Source: a virus
DNA length: 64,000 nucleotides
Virus record (IMG/VR): IMGVR_UViG_3300042549_009011
Coordinates: 1-64,000 of that record
Direction: 5' to 3' (one strand)
Shown: piece by piece, positions 1 through 11,050 of the stretch
Position numbering within the stretch: position 1 is the stretch's first letter
Layout: every line of letters begins with the position of its first letter
Position numbers and translations under genes: made by a program
The notes under the pieces: generated by a model
Told to the model about the DNA's origin: nothing
The model's database searches: none
The model's input: the letters and a program-made list of their open reading frames with translations, nothing else

Positions 1-1
1 A

Positions 2-274
2 GGCAAATTTCACAATCTTCAAAACGGTTCTGGCGGAAACGAATGCATCGTTCAGCAATTTACTGGCTTGAAAGATTCCGATGGCGAAGACATTTACGAA
101 GGCGATACTTTAATCTGGTATTCAGAAAACTTCAGAATTTATGAAGCTAAGGTTGTGTTCTCTCCAACTGTGGCGGCATTTGTTTTAGATGTGAGTGGTA
201 GACATTTAATTGATAATAAATATGGAGACTACCGACATCTTCACGAACGACACTCATACAAAATAAAGAAATGA
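2..274 (+). CDS. YopX-family phage protein, 5'-truncated by window edge
   Basis: Frame is open from the window start; contains the QFTGLKDSDGEDIYEGD motif typical of YopX. Confidence 0.75.
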   Translation, partial: GKFHNLQNGSGGNECIVQQFTGLKDSDGEDIYEGDTLIWYSENFRIYEAKVVFSPTVAAFVLDVSGRHLIDNKYGDYRHLHERHSYKIKK

Positions 275-3200
275 AAACACTAAAAAAAATAATTATATCA
301 ACCATTTTATCATTTATATATTACGTAGCATTCGCGAAAGACGTTGCGCTTTTTCAATTTCTTTCGTGGTTTTTAATATCTATGGCGTTCATTGGAACTT
401 TTATACCATCTTATAAACAAGAAATTTTAAAGATTAAGTGGCATGATTTTTTAATTGGCTTTCCATTCGTGATATTCAACTTATGGACATTATTCAAGAA
501 CGGCGGCGAGACTTTTGGATATACTTATCTATTGTTTACTCTTTCAGCCTATTGCTATTTCTTTATCATTAAAACAGAATCTAAAAATGAAAAACAATAA
601 AACAAAATCACAAGTAAGCGAAGAAGTGGTATTCAAAAACTACCACGACAATAATCTCATGCTCTTTGAGATCACTTTAGCAAAAGAAGATGGTAGGGTT
701 TTTGTATTGATTAACGGATTACCAGAACACGGCGAAATTAAAAGCTTGGAAACTCTGGAAAATATTATAGAATGTCTTGAAGCCGCAAAGAAAAAATGGA
801 AAAAAGCACTTTAAACATACTCTATTGCTTGACAATCACATTTGTTTTGCTTAAACTGACGGGGCAGATAAGTTGGTCGTGGCTCTGGGTCTTTAGCTCA
901 TTGTGGATACCAGCGTTGGTAGTTTTAGTGCTACTGATAGCGGTGTTAGTATTCTTATTTGTGATTAAATAAATCAATGAAAGTAAAACAATTAATCGAA
1001 GAACTTGAAAAACACGATCCTGAAATGATTGTTGTCAGGAGAGGTTATGAGGGAGGCTTAGAAGAAGTTTCCGCTACCAATAAAACTAAAATAAAACTTA
1101 ACGTATTCGACGAATGGTATTATGGAAGCCACGATAGTGTATCTATGGATTCCGATTCTTTTGATTGCGAGGCAGTTTTTATTGATTAAAAAATATGAAA
1201 GACAAACAACTCTTAATCGAAGAAGCCAAGAGCGCCATCAACGCTCTGTCCCAAAAACAAGAAGAACTTTACTGCGGTTTGTTAGAATCAATCGGTGAAA
1301 TTAATAACACGCAAGAAGCGTGGCTCAGCGATTACTGCTTTAACTGTCAAGATGATTCCGACTACACGCAATACGTAAGAGACAAGCTCTACGGAAGCGA
1401 AGCATAATGACCGATAAATCATACACTAAACGGCTTTAATGACCAATATATAAAACATTATGGAAAACAAAACTAAATATAAAATAGTTAAAAGCGAAGG
1501 ATGTCGTTCATTTGGCACTACTGTCAACGGTCAAAACATTTACGGAGAATATGAACCAATGAATGAAAGTCAGATTGAAGAATTTGTCGATTATCTTTGT
1601 GAAAAGTTCAAGCAAGAATTAAAAGACAACACTGTCAGTATTGATGATTTGATTGGCTGCTTTCAATATGATGAGTTCGAAACTGAAGACGATTCGTGCG
1701 AAACCTGTGGAGATTCAGTAAGCACAACAACATGGAACCTTTAAACATATGAATAAAACAACACCCCATACAGTGACTGTCACCGTTGCCGATTCATTAT
1801 CAGATGACGAGATCAAAATCACCGTCAACCGATATTCAGATATCAACGATTGGATCAAAGTATTTAAAACCATTTTAATTCACCAAACATTCTGCGAAGA
1901 TACTGTTAAAGAATTGTTTGAAGATCCAGATGAAAGCGTGGACTACAGCGCAACACTCGACTGGAAGAAGCCTTGGAATGAGCCTATCGGTACAGCCGTA
2001 GGCAAAGAAGCTTGGTAAAAATATGAAAAAGAAAACTTGGTATCTAATCAGAACCTCTTCAGACCGCATGGGTGGAAATGATTCTTACAGCAGCATGGAT
2101 GAAGTAGAATTACTTAGTCAAGTCAAATCATTTATTGAATGTCCATATTATAGCTTTTACAAGTTAATAGACAAAGATGATTTGATCGCATCGAAAAATG
2201 CTTTAAAAAACAATAAAAAGAAAAAAGAAGCATACACAATAGCCATAACTTGTAGCGGTGGAACTGCCATTGCTGGAAAATACAAAGCAAAGAGCAAAGA
2301 GGAGGCTATCAAAGCGGCGAAAGCGGAACACGGTGATCAATGGACATATTATGTTTGGGAGAATCTAGATAAATGAAAATTATGAAAATACACTACTACG
2401 AATACACTGACGACGGTGAAGATTGGCGCAAAGGAGCCGCCTCTTTCTATTCATTAGAAATCCTACAACTTGCAGAACAGCAACCGTACGAATACAGAAT
2501 CCACACTGTTGCGTTTGATCCTTCTCGTATCGCTAAACGATGGAACAAAGAAAAGATCACTCATAATTTAAAAGAAGCTACGAAGATGGAAGAAATAATG
2601 AAAGTTTTGAAATCTTTTGATTGAAAGTGGTTTTAGTTTTGAAATTAATAACAATAAAAAATAAACAAATGGGCAAAACATTAGAAACCATCAAAGCTCT
2701 CGAAGAGTTTGCAGATGAACAAATTGAACAAAAGAAAAAAGCTCAGCGTCAACTTGATGAAGTTAAAAGTGATTTGGAATTTCGGCGTGATCTTTTCGAG
2801 CTTCAAGAACAACAGTTAAATAAAGTTAGATCAGAGCTTATAGAAACAATAACGCAAAGAAATAATTTAGCAGAGGCTTTGGAAAACTGCCGAGAAGATT
2901 CGATTGAATTGCTTGGTGAACGCGATTGGTGGCAACTAGAAAATAGGTGTGACTATCAAAAAAGATATCAAGACACACGCGACAATGTAACCAGAGCAGA
3001 CGAAGTGCTAGAATCTTTAATCAAACTAAACAACCTATGAGCCAAGAACAACAAAGAATCGTTGAATATATTATTATCTTATGTTTTGTATTGAGTCCAC
3101 TGTGGCTAATTAGACCGTTCAGATTCGAAACCGCAGATCGTGAAGCTCATCGTCAGAGACGCGCTGGAATCTTTTCAGCGAGAGCGGTTCGCAAATGGTA

Positions 3201-3639
3201 TGGTTGGATCGTTATTAATGATTTAAAACAAAAATGAAAAAAGGACTAACAATTATTGAAACACTTATAGCTCTTGTATTTGGCTGTATTATATTTTCTT
3301 GGATATACTTTATGGTTAGTGGTGGAGGTTTCTCTACTACTGAAATGTTTATGCCGCAACAAAGCAAAGCAAAATACCAGAGAGAAATATTAGAAGAACT
3401 CCGCCGCGCAAATGATTTAAAAGAAAATGAATAACAAAGATATAAAACAACTAGGCGATGTAACAATTTCCAGAAATGAATATATCGAGCAGCTTGAAGA
3501 AACTCTTCGCCAAGAACGAGAAATAGCAGACGCTCTCGCTGTAGAACTTTCTTCTTGTCATAGTTCTATTTCTTGGATGTTTAATGAAGATATATCAAAA
3601 GCACTAAAAAGATGGAGAGAATCTAGAAAAACAACTTGA
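271..3639 (+). CDS. Cluster of about 13 short co-directional hypothetical phage ORFs (e.g. 271-600, 977-1189, 1195-1407, 1460-1744, 1749-2018, 2023-2376, 2373-2624, ~2649-3040, 3037-3237, 3427-3639)
   Basis: Tightly packed or overlapping start/stop codons on one strand; no recognisable domains. Confidence 0.7.
3234..3434 (+). CDS. Small prepilin-like (type IV pilin N-terminal cleavage/methylation motif) membrane protein
   Basis: MKKG|LTIIETLIALVFGCIIF: basic leader, Gly at -1, Glu at +5, then a hydrophobic helix. Confidence 0.6.
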   Translation: MKKGLTIIETLIALVFGCIIFSWIYFMVSGGGFSTTEMFMPQQSKAKYQREILEELRRANDLKENE

Positions 3640-3664
3640 CAAATCTTCAAAAATATATTACAAT
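3636..3664 (+). promoter_or_regulatory. sigma70 promoter driving the ncRNA/tRNA-Asn region
   Basis: TTGACA-N17-TACAAT. Confidence 0.85.
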
Positions 3665-3669
3665 CTTTT

Positions 3670-3792
3670 GAGGCGCGAGATCGCAAATCTAAATCAGCGA
3701 AAACGATAACAGTAGGGGTGTTGCAACTTTAAAACGAAGAGTCCCAACGGAAACAAATTTTTGCTATAGTATGGTGAAAACCACGCGCCTTA
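3670..3792 (+). ncRNA. Putative structured small RNA
   Basis: Begins at the expected TSS. Closing stem GAGGCGCG/CGCGCCTT; internal stems AGAT/ATCT, AGCGAAAA/TTTTTGCT and TGGT-GAAA-ACCA; no ORF. Confidence 0.5.
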
Positions 3793-3916
3793 ACTCTTTA
3801 AATAATTTGGTCGCTAGTGTGAGCTTGGTCCGTCTCACACTCACTCCCTGATAAAGCGTCCATGTGGATTCCAAATCTACAGAAAGTTAACGGACTGCCA
3901 TTTTATTTTTTACGAA

Positions 3917-3992
3917 TCCGAAGTAGCTCAGTGGAACGAGCGGGAAGCTGTTAACTTCTAGGTCGTAGGTTCGACCCCTACCTTCGGAGCCA
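3917..3992 (+). tRNA. tRNA-Asn(GTT)
   Basis: Cloverleaf with acceptor TCCGAAG/CTTCGGA, anticodon loop CTGTTAA, GTTCGA T-loop and encoded CCA. Confidence 0.95.
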
Positions 3993-4335
3993 TAAACAAA
4001 ATAATTACAAGAAACAGCTTGACAACCCCCGAAAAACAAATTACATTAATTCCGTAAGCGTAAAATCACAAAATGAATAAAAACACTCGACAAGCTAAAG
4101 CCGCTGGTTTCTGTAGCAAGAAAGACCAAAACAACAATGGTGCAAAAATTTTCGCAGGAAGCTCCTGTGATACTCGCTGGGATAATCCTAATAGCAAGAG
4201 AAACAGCCGCAAACAATATCGCATCAAAGGCGATTAATAGATTTTCGCTTCGGCAGTAGTACTGAAAAGGTTATACGTAAATCGTTCTGAAGCGGATTAA
4301 TTTTAAACAATAATAATAACAATAATAATAATAAT

Positions 4336-5014
4336 ATGATCAAATTCATTGAAGGTAAAAAAGAAGAAAGCGAAATCCTTACATTTGAAGATGTAGGCGA
4401 AGATCAATTTTTCGTCGATGCAGTAGGCAACCTTTGTCAAAAAATAGATGATTTTAACTATGTTACTATCGCCGATGTAGATGGTCATCCATTTTGTACC
4501 CACGAACTAGGCGAACCAGAGGATGAAATTAATCGAATCATTGAAAATGTCAGTAAGATTGAGTTTTAATCAATAAAAAATCATTATAATGAAAAACCGT
4601 CAAAAATGGCTCGCTGAAAAAATCAAAGGCGAATATATCGAAAATGAAGACTTAATTCGTATCGTTATGTTTGAGACCTTCTTGTATTACATTAAAGAAG
4701 AGCTGTCTGTAATGGCGATTTTTAGAGATAAAAAAGCAAAAAAAATAACTGTTGATGAATTCTTTGATTATGATTGGAAAAAGGATCTCGAAAATGGTTA
4801 CGCAACAAAAGAGCAAGTCAAAAGCTATATCAGCCGCCAAAAAGAATTAAAGAAAGCATATTATTATGTCACAGAAGAAAGAGAAATCTTAAACAAAGAA
4901 TTCTATAGAACGATGCAATTGGACGAAGCCGAATCACTTGAAAAAGAAATAGAACAAAAAGACCAAAGAACCCTTGGAATCATTCTAAAGCATCGTTTAA
5001 CTCTATGGACTTAA
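4336..5014 (+). CDS. Two hypothetical proteins (4336-4569 acidic; 4589-5014)
   Basis: ORF track; co-directional with neighbours. Confidence 0.65.
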
Positions 5015-5098
5015 AATAAAGTGTAAGCCATAATATGGCTAGTTTTTTAGGATTTATATTTGTTGTGTTTGTTTTTATGCTTTTGGGCGCGATAATGC

Positions 5099-5737
5099 TT
5101 GAACAATATGACGAAGATGATTAAAACATACAGAGCAATCAGACATGATATCGTTCGCACAAAACAAAAACAAAACTCTGACGAAGTTCATCACCCCGAT
5201 GAAAAGATAGATCAGATCAAAAGAGTTTTTGAGGCGGAAAACTATAGCGAGAATCAAGGATTAAAAATTCTTGAGTTATTTTCGGGGCAGGGCAATTTAA
5301 CCAAAGTCTATGAACAATATGGTTCTGTTGCTGCTTACGATAAAAAGCATTTAAAAACGGGCGATAGTTTTCTTGAGTATCATAGATTAATCGCAGACAA
5401 GAAAAAGTTCGATGTGATCGACCTTGATCCATACGGTTTTCCAAATAGATTCTTTCCAGATATTTTTCTTTTGATTGAAAAAGGGGTGATGTTTATCACA
5501 ATGCCAAAACCTTATGTCAACATTCTTAATGGAATAACACAAACACATTTGATTAGTTATTTCGACAAACACAATCCCAGCGAGGACGAGATAATCGAAA
5601 GAACTGTTTTGTTTGGGCTTTGCCATTGGAGAAAGTTGCAGTTGATTGATAAATTAGATTGCAAAAGTGTTTGGAGGTTTGCTTTTAGCGTGGAGAAGGT
5701 TAAGGCGACAGAGTATACGGGAGTCAAAAATAGATAA
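5099..5737 (+). CDS. Class I SAM-dependent methyltransferase-like protein
   Basis: ILELFSGQG motif I and FDVIDLDPYG (DPY/DPF-type) motif. Confidence 0.7.
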   Translation: MNNMTKMIKTYRAIRHDIVRTKQKQNSDEVHHPDEKIDQIKRVFEAENYSENQGLKILELFSGQGNLTKVYEQYGSVAAYDKKHLKTGDSFLEYHRLIADKKKFDVIDLDPYGFPNRFFPDIFLLIEKGVMFITMPKPYVNILNGITQTHLISYFDKHNPSEDEIIERTVLFGLCHWRKLQLIDKLDCKSVWRFAFSVEKVKATEYTGVKNR

Positions 5738-5779
5738 AATAGTTGTTGACATTATTAGAATAAAGTATAGAAAAAAGTC

Positions 5780-6837
5780 ATGAACGAATCAGACACGCCG
5801 AGAACCGACCTGCAATTCCCCGTCTTAATTCAGGACGGCGTTGAATATGTCGAATTGTCATTTGCAGAAGGTATCGAGAAAGAACTAACCGCCGCCCGTC
5901 AGGAGATTGATATTCTCAAAAGTAAATACGCAGACCATCATGCAGAAGCCGAAAGACTCACATCTGAAATTAGATCAATCACCGAGCAGCGGGACGAGTT
6001 ACTTCGATACAATGAGGCATTCCGCAAGGAGACGTTGATCTGTGCCGATTGTGACGCGATCAGAAAAGAGGAATACGACCAAGCTATTGAGCAGCGCGAC
6101 AGGCTGGCGGAAGCTGTTATTCGATTCAGCCAAGGTACATGCAGTATCCATTTCATTTTGGATTTAGCTGTAGCTGCCATAAAAGGCAACACCAATGATT
6201 AGATTATGTCCTATAGATCAAACTGTACTTGACCTACGCAACAAATTTTAAACAATAAAAAAATGATTGAAAACATCTCAGCAGAAGAAATCAAAACAAA
6301 ATACCGCCAAAATCATGGATTCGCATTTATTTCGGCGCAAAGAGTTTCTGATGAAGCTGCGTATCGACTAGCAGATACATTGATTAAAGCAAATATAACT
6401 TCCAAGCAGCCGCTGGTTATCACTAGATACGAACAATCTGTTATTTTCATCTATGATGATTTCGAGGGTCCAACATTTTTCGCTAAGGCTCAGTTCTTTG
6501 AGCAAACTTTTGGTATCGCAAGAGTAGTTCCCTTTATGCAATACGTAAATAGTTTTAGTAATCACAAAGGCTGATAATATTTGGAGATTTTTGTTGACAA
6601 ATTAGTTGATTTAGCTAGAGTTCGCGCATGGACAACTCAGAAGATGAAAACGAGCCGACACCATTTCGACAATGGGAACTATCTGCTGGCAATTTAGCTT
6701 TTCGCGGTTTTAATAATGGTTATTTGGGGGAGAATGGGGAATATAAATTACAATTCTTACATGAGGGAATTAGTTATTCGATAGAAATAAAGGCTAATCC
6801 TAGCAATATAATACAGTTTCCTAAAAAAACAAAATAA
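5780..6837 (+). CDS. Three hypothetical proteins (5780-6202 TPRTD/coiled-coil; 6263-6574; 6628-6837)
   Basis: ORF track; 5780 and 6628 each have an upstream TTGACA promoter. Confidence 0.65.
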
Positions 6838-6841
6838 AGCT

Positions 6842-7210
6842 ATGAATACACCAACCAACTCCAAGGCGTTGCCTCTCACGAATTGTTCGGCTTCTTGGTG
6901 CTGCCCCACCTGCGGGATAACGCAACCAATACCAACACGCCACCCACTAGGGACTCTCGTGAAACACACCAAGCACGGCAAAGGGGAAATCTTCTCCTAC
7001 GATCAATGCGACGACGTTTCATGTGGAGTGGACTTTGGGCGCAAGGGGCAATGGTGCATCGCCATGCGCGAGTTAATTATTCTGCCGAACGTCAAAGCGC
7101 ACTCACCCCAGCCCGACAACGAGACTGTAAGCGAAACAAGGGCTGCAAATCATCCCCAATCTTCGATTCCCAGCGGGGCTGGGGTTGATGTGGCGCAGCT
7201 TGTTCGTTGA
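6842..7210 (+). CDS. Cassette-associated hypothetical protein (CxxC plus SH3-like stretch) that reads through attC
   Basis: ORF starts in a residual attC half and ends at R' of attC1; GC is higher than in flanks. Confidence 0.55.
   Translation: MNTPTNSKALPLTNCSASWCCPTCGITQPIPTRHPLGTLVKHTKHGKGEIFSYDQCDDVSCGVDFGRKGQWCIAMRELIILPNVKAHSPQPDNETVSETRAANHPQSSIPSGAGVDVAQLVR
7084..7208 (+). repeat. attC-like site 1 (125 bp)
   Basis: GCCGAAC-GTCAA-AGCGCAC TCACCCCAGCCC ... GGGCTGGGGTTGA T GTGGCGCA-GCTT-GTTCGTT. Confidence 0.75.
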
Positions 7211-7213
7211 TCT

Positions 7214-7648
7214 TCATTTTGTTAGGAATTCGTATAACAATTCGCCCCACTTACCAACAAAAGACTCAAAGAATGCAGTCGCAATAAGAATAAAACACAC
7301 AATAAGTAATGTCTTCAATCTATCAATTCGATCTATCCAATACTCGGAAAGAAACCTATAATAAAACGGAATGTCTGCAAATTCTCGAAGTTCTTTTATA
7401 CCTGCGAGATCAAAAAGATACTTTTGGAAATCGACTTCTCCAATTCTTATCTTGTTGTCTCCGTCTTGTCGTAAAAAACCCTTCTTCTCAAAAGCTTGAA
7501 ATACCGATTCCGCCTCGCCAATGGATAGTCGGAATGATTGAGCTTCTGGGTGCTGTAGAAGGAGAGGACTTGTCCAATATGCTTCATAACTCCGATGCTT
7601 ATAGAAAAATTTGGCAATCAGTCTCAGGTCTTTCTCTTCTAACGCCAT
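7214..7648 (-). CDS. Cassette-borne hypothetical protein with C-terminal TM helix, inverted relative to neighbours
   Basis: 144 aa; fits exactly between the two attC sites. Confidence 0.65.
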   Translation of the reverse strand: MALEEKDLRLIAKFFYKHRSYEAYWTSPLLLQHPEAQSFRLSIGEAESVFQAFEKKGFLRQDGDNKIRIGEVDFQKYLFDLAGIKELREFADIPFYYRFLSEYWIDRIDRLKTLLIVCFILIATAFFESFVGKWGELLYEFLTK

Positions 7649-7691
7649 ATTCAGGTAAGGCTTGGTGTTGGTGGGATTTCTTTAGTTTTTT

Positions 7692-7745
7692 AACGAACAC
7701 CAAAGATCAGGAGCGCATAGCGTCTTCTGTATCTGACTGTTCTTA
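7692..7745 (+). repeat. attC-like site 2 (54 bp)
   Basis: AACGAAC-ACCAA-AGATCAG ... CTGTATCT-GACT-GTTCTTA. Confidence 0.7.
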
Positions 7746-7783
7746 AATCTAACCGACATAAATCTAACTAACCCGAACGAACA

Positions 7784-8970
7784 ATGAACACAGACGAACA
7801 AAGAGTCGCCATTGCGAAACTTCTTGGCTGGAAATCAATACGGCAAGATAACAACCAACCCGAACGAACTATGAACAAAGAACAACAAAGAATCGCCATC
7901 GCGGAAGCTTGTGGGTGGCTGATAGGTAAGGTTGGCAACAATGTCTCAAATCCCAAAGGAGATGAAAGACCATGGAAAGACATCCCCGACTACCTCAACG
8001 ACCTAAATGCGATGCACGAAGCAAAACTAAGCCTATCTCCAGAAGAACTTGGAACATATACGTGTGTCCTCATTCAAATGGGGGTAGACTACGGTTTTAA
8101 TTTTATGGTGTCAACAGCAGAACAACAAGCTGAAGCCTTTCTAGTAACACTTAAATTACTTAAACTTGGGCAGCAGCTCAAATCCAACCAACAAAACACG
8201 AACGAACCATGAAAACACCGACACCAAGAACAGACGCACAACGGGGACTCTATGATAACATCAGGGCAGCCGCTTAAAGTTGTTGCCGAGCGACTACAAA
8301 TTACAATGTCGTCGTTCAGCAACAAAAAATTAAAACACACACAAAATAATATGAGTTTGCCTACGCAAAAAAGTTTGTCACAAGAAATGGTGGACATTAG
8401 AGATATGTATTATGGTCTATTGGAAGATCACGAAAACCTTGTTAAGCAGCGCGACAGGCTGGCAGAGGCTTTGGAAATAGACCCATATCCAGACGAACCA
8501 ATCTCAGATGATTTACACGGCGGGAACGTATATTGCGAAATCTCTGTTGGCGAAATGAGAAAGATTCGCGAAGCCCTCCAATCCCTAACCCCTAAAGACA
8601 AATGAATTATTTTGAACCAAAACTCGCGGAAGCTTATGAACATATCGTAAAGGCTCAGAAGATTATGACTGAGCTTGGACATGCAAAGTATACTCTTTGT
8701 GGCATGGTAAGCATACAAATGCTGCACGATTCGGAGCAAGAAGTTTCTGTATTACTTGGAAAGCTTAATAAATCTATGAAACAGCGTGATATTTTATCTA
8801 ATATACTCAAAGAAATCTTACCGCTCGTTCCTACCGCATTTTGTGACATGTTCCATCACTCCAAAAAAGATAGACACGATTATGGAGATGAATGCAAACC
8901 CTTGACTAGATACAATGATGTAATCAAAAAAGCAGAAGAAGGGTTGATGATTGTAAAAGCAGAGAAATGA
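7784..8970 (+). CDS. Hypothetical phage proteins (7784/7871-8212; ~8351-8605; 8602-8970)
   Basis: ORF track. The first carries the common phage IAEACGW...PDYLNDLNAMHEA pattern. Confidence 0.6.
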
Positions 8971-9182
8971 GAGTTTTTTTCGGGGCAAATAGTAATTTCA
9001 AATAATTCTGTAACGAAATGCGTCAAAACAAATGCTTTGTGAATTATAAACAAGCGTTTGATTAATATATTTTTATTGTTTAAAGAACATTTCGGGACAG
9101 ACGTTTGGACAAGTGAGACAGTGTGTCACAGCAGATCAAAAATAAACTTTTTATACGACAAAAACCCAGACGAAATCAAGCC

Positions 9183-10778
9183 AAATTACGAACGATGCGG
9201 AGCGAAATACGCAGAGATCGACTAACAGAACGGAAACCCGTAACCCCTTGAGTATCAAGGGTTTCTATCTCCTACCACTTCACCTTTTTACACTCTACAT
9301 ACAGGTAACATACAGTATAAACATAGAGAGAGTATAGAGCAAAGAAAGAGGATGATGAAGATAATGGAAAATGGGAAGATTTGGAAAAGTGGATTCGCAT
9401 AATTATAACTCTTTTTAAATGATTTTTTAATATCTTACGCAATTTTTTTATACTTTAGCCAGTTTTATCTTGACAATCCTTTATATTATGTTACCTTTAC
9501 CCCCATGAAGAAAACGTTATCTTTCCTATTCGTAGCACTCCCGTTGGGACTGCTTCTCAGTCTTATCCTCGCAGTTATTCTTGGTACTGTGACATTTTGT
9601 CGCAGCTTTGCTGACTATTGGTCGTACATCATCGTACAATTCTTCCCTATGTATGGTATGCGAGATCGTGTAGAGGAGGAACAAGAGCCGCAAGAGCCAC
9701 AAGAGCAGTCGTCCATATGGGAAAAGCATCAGGCTAAGATGGATGCAAAAAAACGAGAAGAACCAAAAGACTAAATTACGAACGATTTTTGCCCAAATAA
9801 ACAAAAACAAATTACGAATTATTTTCGGCTAAATAAACAATTAAATTAAGAACGAAAATGAGCCAAATAAACGAAGGAACAAATTACGAACAAAAGATCG
9901 CCAAATATAAAGCATTTATTAAGGAGTTGTCTGAAGTGCAGGAACTCTACTACCAAAAACTCGTAGAGGAAATCAACATCAGTGCAAAAGACGAAGAGTA
10001 TTTGTTTGATTACATATACAACGCAGACTTTACAACTTTCGGAGATTACCTAGCGCAGTTTAATAAACAATAAAATTACGAACGATTTTGCCCCAAATAA
10101 ACAAATGAAACCTTACTATTATATAGACAGCGCAAATGCTAACGTACGCAGAAACAAACACCACACTTTAGAATCTGCGGTTAAAGGTGCAGAGTTTATG
10201 GCGGAAAGTTACCCTGGAATTAGTTTTGAAGTGTTACAAGTTGTAGCTATAAGCTCTACGCCGAAACCCAATGCCACAACCTTCTACTTGGATCGCGCGA
10301 CGGAATAAAAATTACGAACGATTTTTTTCTAAATAATAATAACTTAAATTACGAACGATTTTTGCCGAAATAAACAACGCGCAAGTATGGATGGATTATA
10401 CGAAATGTACACGACGGAGAATGAGTTTGCGCGAATTGAACAGTGCATCCGCGAGGCAATTTCCAAAGCTATTAAAGCTGGAGTGAATCCTACTGAGATT
10501 TGGCTGGGAGAAGTTGAGATGGCGACATTTCGGAAACATATAAAATTACAGTTTATTAATCATCGTAAAGCGAGCGAACAAATCTCGGAAGAAAATTTTA
10601 AATACGCTGACATGGAAGTAAGAGAATCCAAATCACAAGGAATCCGTGTTGGCGTGAGTTGGGTATCAAATACCAAAGCGTAATTACGAACGATTTTCTC
10701 CTAAATAAACAATATAAAAATATGACTGATACAAAACCAAATAACGAAATTACGAACGATTCTGCCCTAAATAATAAA
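9183..10778 (+). repeat. Ten copies of a ~32-bp direct repeat AAATTACGAACGATTTTNNCCNAAATAAACAA
   Basis: Copies start at 9183, 9773, 9809, 9843, 9881, 10073, 10309, 10346, 10681 and 10747. Confidence 0.9.
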
Positions 10779-10937
10779 GCGCCCGAAATGAACCTCGAAC
10801 AGATGATGTGGGAAGCTCGCCGCCAAAACCACAAAAAACTTTATACGATTCTGCGGCACAAGCTGGGGCTTGGTAAACACTGGTTGCAAAGAGTTGCTGT
10901 TCCTAAGTCTAAACGGTGGGGCGCTGGTATTAAATAA
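9505..10937 (+). CDS. Five short ORFs punctuated by the 32-bp repeats (9505-9774, 9858-10073, 10105-10308, 10387-10683, ~10722-10937)
   Basis: Stop codons abut or overlap repeat starts; the ATG at 10105 directly follows a repeat. Confidence 0.7.
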
Positions 10938-11050
10938 GCACCGCGAATTAAAATCATTTTTAAATGCGACCAGGCGCGAGTTTCTCTGGATATTTAAAAG
11001 TGAAAAAAATAGTTGACACATTCATCTAGGTATGTTACTTTCGCGGCGAC

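Larger units (their letters stand above)
6885..7745 (+). mobile_element. Integron-type gene cassette array fragment without integrase (two cassettes)
   Basis: R' GTTCGGC (6885) is complementary to R'' GCCGAAC (7084); R' GTTCGTT (7202) is complementary to R'' AACGAAC (7692); L boxes carry extra-helical bases. Confidence 0.75.

Noticed and set aside
4244-4335. Hairpin TTCGCTTCGG/CTGAAGCGGA and (AAT)n run as an ncRNA
   Set aside because: Single copy with no recognisable tRNA arms; may be a processing stem and simple slippage
7309-7746. + strand 145-aa ORF inside cassette 2
   Set aside because: It is the antisense shadow of 7214-7648, which has more protein-like composition and fits between the attC sites; not fully excluded
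9773-10778. CRISPR array
   Set aside because: Gaps between repeats are 2-6 bp, ~34 bp once, or whole genes, not uniform spacers; the repeats are degenerate and there are no cas genes
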